A DNA stretch of 64,000 nt. It comes from Octopus sinensis. Lineage: Eukaryota. Both the position numbers and the translations under genes were made by a program. The stretch is from positions 5,828,001 through 5,892,000 of the forward strand of contig NC_043011.1 in assembly GCF_006345805.1 (NCBI RefSeq), read 5' to 3'. A model generated the notes under the pieces. The model saw nothing but the letters and a program-made list of their open reading frames with translations, searched no databases and had not been told where the DNA came from. This document shows, in pieces, positions 61,579 through 64,000 of this stretch (position 1 is the first letter of the stretch; each line of letters opens with the position of its first letter).

Positions 61579-61980
61579 AGGCGCAGGAGTGGCTGTGTGG
61601 TAAGTAGCTTGCTAACCAACCACATGGTTCCGGGTTCAGTCCCACTGCGTGGCATCTTGGGCAGGTGTCTTCTGCTATAGCCCCAGGCCGGCCAATGCCT
61701 TGTGAGTGGATTTGGTAGACGTAAACTGAAAGAAGCCTGTCGTATATATGTATATATGTGTGTGTATGTGTTTGTGTGTCTGTGTTTGTCCCCCTAGCAT
61801 TGCTTGACAACCGATGCTGGTGTGTTTACGTCCCCGTTACTTAGCGGTTCGGCAAAAGAGACCGATAGAATAAGTACTGGGCTTACAAAGAATAAGTCCC
61901 GGGGTTGATTTGCTCGACTAAAGGTGGTGCTCCAGCATGGCTGCAGTCAAATGACTGAAACAAGTAAAAGAGTAAAGAGT
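61579..61980 (+). mobile_element. SINE A, full length, young
   Basis: Consensus match. Confidence 0.9.
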
Positions 61981-62113
61981 ATACATATGTACATACATAT
62001 ATGCATGCATCTTCATACATACACACAATCATACATCTATATACATACACGTGTGTAAGTGGGGAGGGGTGCAGTAAGTTATTTAACAAAATTTGCTATG
62101 GAAAAAACAAAAA

Positions 62114-62145
<32 letters not shown>

Positions 62146-62159
62146 CAGCCAACAACAAC

Positions 62160-62398
62160 AATAATAATAGTTTCCAATTTTGGCACTGGGCGATATATCT
62201 CAGAGGGGAAGGGAAGGGAATAATCAATTACATCAACCCCAGTGTCAAAGTGTCAAACTGGTACTTATTTTATTGACCCCCCTCAAAAGGATAAAAAGCA
62301 AAGTCAACCTCAGCAGCATTGAAACCCAGAACATAAAGACAAATGAAATGCCAATAAGTCCAGTGTGCCAACGATTCTGCCAGCTCACAGCCTTCATC
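62160..62398 (-). mobile_element. SINE B
   Basis: ctggtacttattttattgaccc...gattctgccagctcacagcctt. Confidence 0.75.
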
Positions 62399-62476
62399 AA
62401 TAATAATAATAATAATAACAACAATAATAATGATGATAATAATAATAATATAATAATAATAATAATAATAATAATA

Positions 62477-63035
62477 AATGCCCTGATGCAGTACCAGGCA
62501 GTGGCTCTCATGGCTTCTGATCTTAACTGATTGGAAGTGTTATCATGTACATTGTTTCGTCTTGGTATAAAAGATGGGCTACAGCAAATATTCTGCTCAA
62601 TACCACAGATTTGCTTGTCAGTTGTTTGACCGTAACCAGTTGAGCATGTCCCTTAGTGGCTGACGATATGTGCATCTCTGATCACGAGCAGAAGTAGTGG
62701 GGAAGCATCATAGCCATGTGTTGTGAGGGATTCTTTGGGGTTTGAATAATTCACCTATGGAAACATGGGTGGTTCTTTCAACATCCTTAAATAACCCTAA
62801 TTCAGGGACCTTTTGAGCGGGATGGGCCACTCAACCTGAAGAAAATTCTAACTGGGCCCCTCCTGCAAGGTCATGCGCTGTTTATCTTGATATGAGATCA
62901 CTATGTCACGCACATATGGTTGTAATGCATGTGCCTGGTGTACCTTTATCAGACGGGTAGTCATGATGGGTATATTGGGCTTCGTATATTTTACCCCAGT
63001 GTCACTTTGATGGCATGAACTGCTCTCTCACTCAA
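62477..63035 (+). mobile_element. ~560-bp element in an (AAT)n tract (copy 2)
   Basis: Inverted homologue of 904-1461; (AAT)n on both flanks. Confidence 0.7.
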
Positions 63036-63064
63036 TAATAATAATAATAATAACAATAATAATA

Positions 63065-63700
63065 ATCCTTTCTATTATAGGCACAAGGCCTGAAATTTTG
63101 GGGAAGAAGATAATCGATTACATTGAGTCCCAGTACTCAACCGGTACTTAATTTATTGACCCCGCATGACTGGTACTGAACTGACCCCAGGAGGATGAAA
63201 AGCAAAACCAACTTCAATGGAATCTGAATTCAGAACATAAAATGTCAGAAGAAATAAAGGAAAGCATTTTATTTTTATGTAAATAACTTCTTTTTTTTTC
63301 TTTTTGACAATAAAAACTTCATTTTATCAACATATTTTTACAGGAAGAAAGAAAAAAAAACATTAATAGTATAAAAGATTGGAATATTGAGAAAAGAAAC
63401 CCATAATTACCTCACCAGGGAAACAAAGAATAAGGGAGAAAAGGTGGGGATAGGAATTAAGCAGTAGAAGATGGGGGTGGAGAGAGTATTGGGTTATACA
63501 CTCCATCTGAGAAATTTGGGGGGCAGGGACTAGTTAATTACAATGACCCCCGTCTTTTGCTGGTACTTATTTTATCGACCCAACGAAATAAAAAGGCAAA
63601 ATCAACCTCAGCAGAATTTGAACTCAGAACGTAAAGATGGACTAAATGCAGTGAAGCATTTCAACCAGTGTACTAACAACCCTGCCAGCTTGCTGCCTTA
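63065..63700 (-). mobile_element. Two SINE B copies (about 63065-63245 and 63500-63700)
   Basis: ataggcacaaggcctgaaatttt...ggtacttaatttattgacccc; ...gaatttgaactcagaacgtaaag...ctgccagcttgctgcctt. Confidence 0.75.
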
Positions 63701-64000
63701 ATAATGATGATGATGATAACAATAATAATAATAATAATAATAATATTGTAAGAAATAAAAGGAGTCTAGCTGTAATGGGATATTCTAGATACACAGGCTT
63801 TCATTTGCAAAATGAATTGGTAAGAATAATAATACTAGTTATATGAGTTGACCTGGAAACTATTCAAGAATCTACCAAATTGTGTAAGAACATACTCTTT
63901 GCAATCTAAAGTTCTGCAGAAATATGTGTAACTTTTGCTCCAAAGTGCCCACCTCTCCTGAATAATAAGGAATCTTATAGACTGACTGATGTTCAGAGAT

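Overview
AT-rich, extremely repeat-dense eukaryotic DNA with no intact protein-coding gene. It reads as giant-intron or intergenic sequence, most likely from a coleoid cephalopod (Octopus-like). That assignment is inferred from the SINE families and the (TA)n/(CA)n/(ATT)n density, not from a database search. Almost all ORFs in the supplied track are microsatellite artefacts or transposon remnants. Supportable content: four tRNA-headed SINE families (A-D, about 45 copies or fragments); 5'-truncated LINE fragments of the RTE, CR1, L1/Tx1 and R4/Dong (RLE) groups; an internally deleted DD37D/maT-like Tc1/mariner; non-autonomous Helitrons; and TTAA-flanked piggyBac-type MITEs. The most notable observation is a minimal type-I hammerhead ribozyme motif in a Penelope-like terminal repeat, duplicated as a perfect 74-bp fold-back (34143-34300), so both strands carry the motif. 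Other leads are a fixed-length, headless ~560-bp element in (AAT)n tracts, a stem-loop module shared by two SINE families, and a crossed A-B-A'-B' inverted repeat inside a Helitron. A few isolated + strand exon candidates are reported at low confidence. Boundaries of old repeats are approximate, and all alignments were made by eye.
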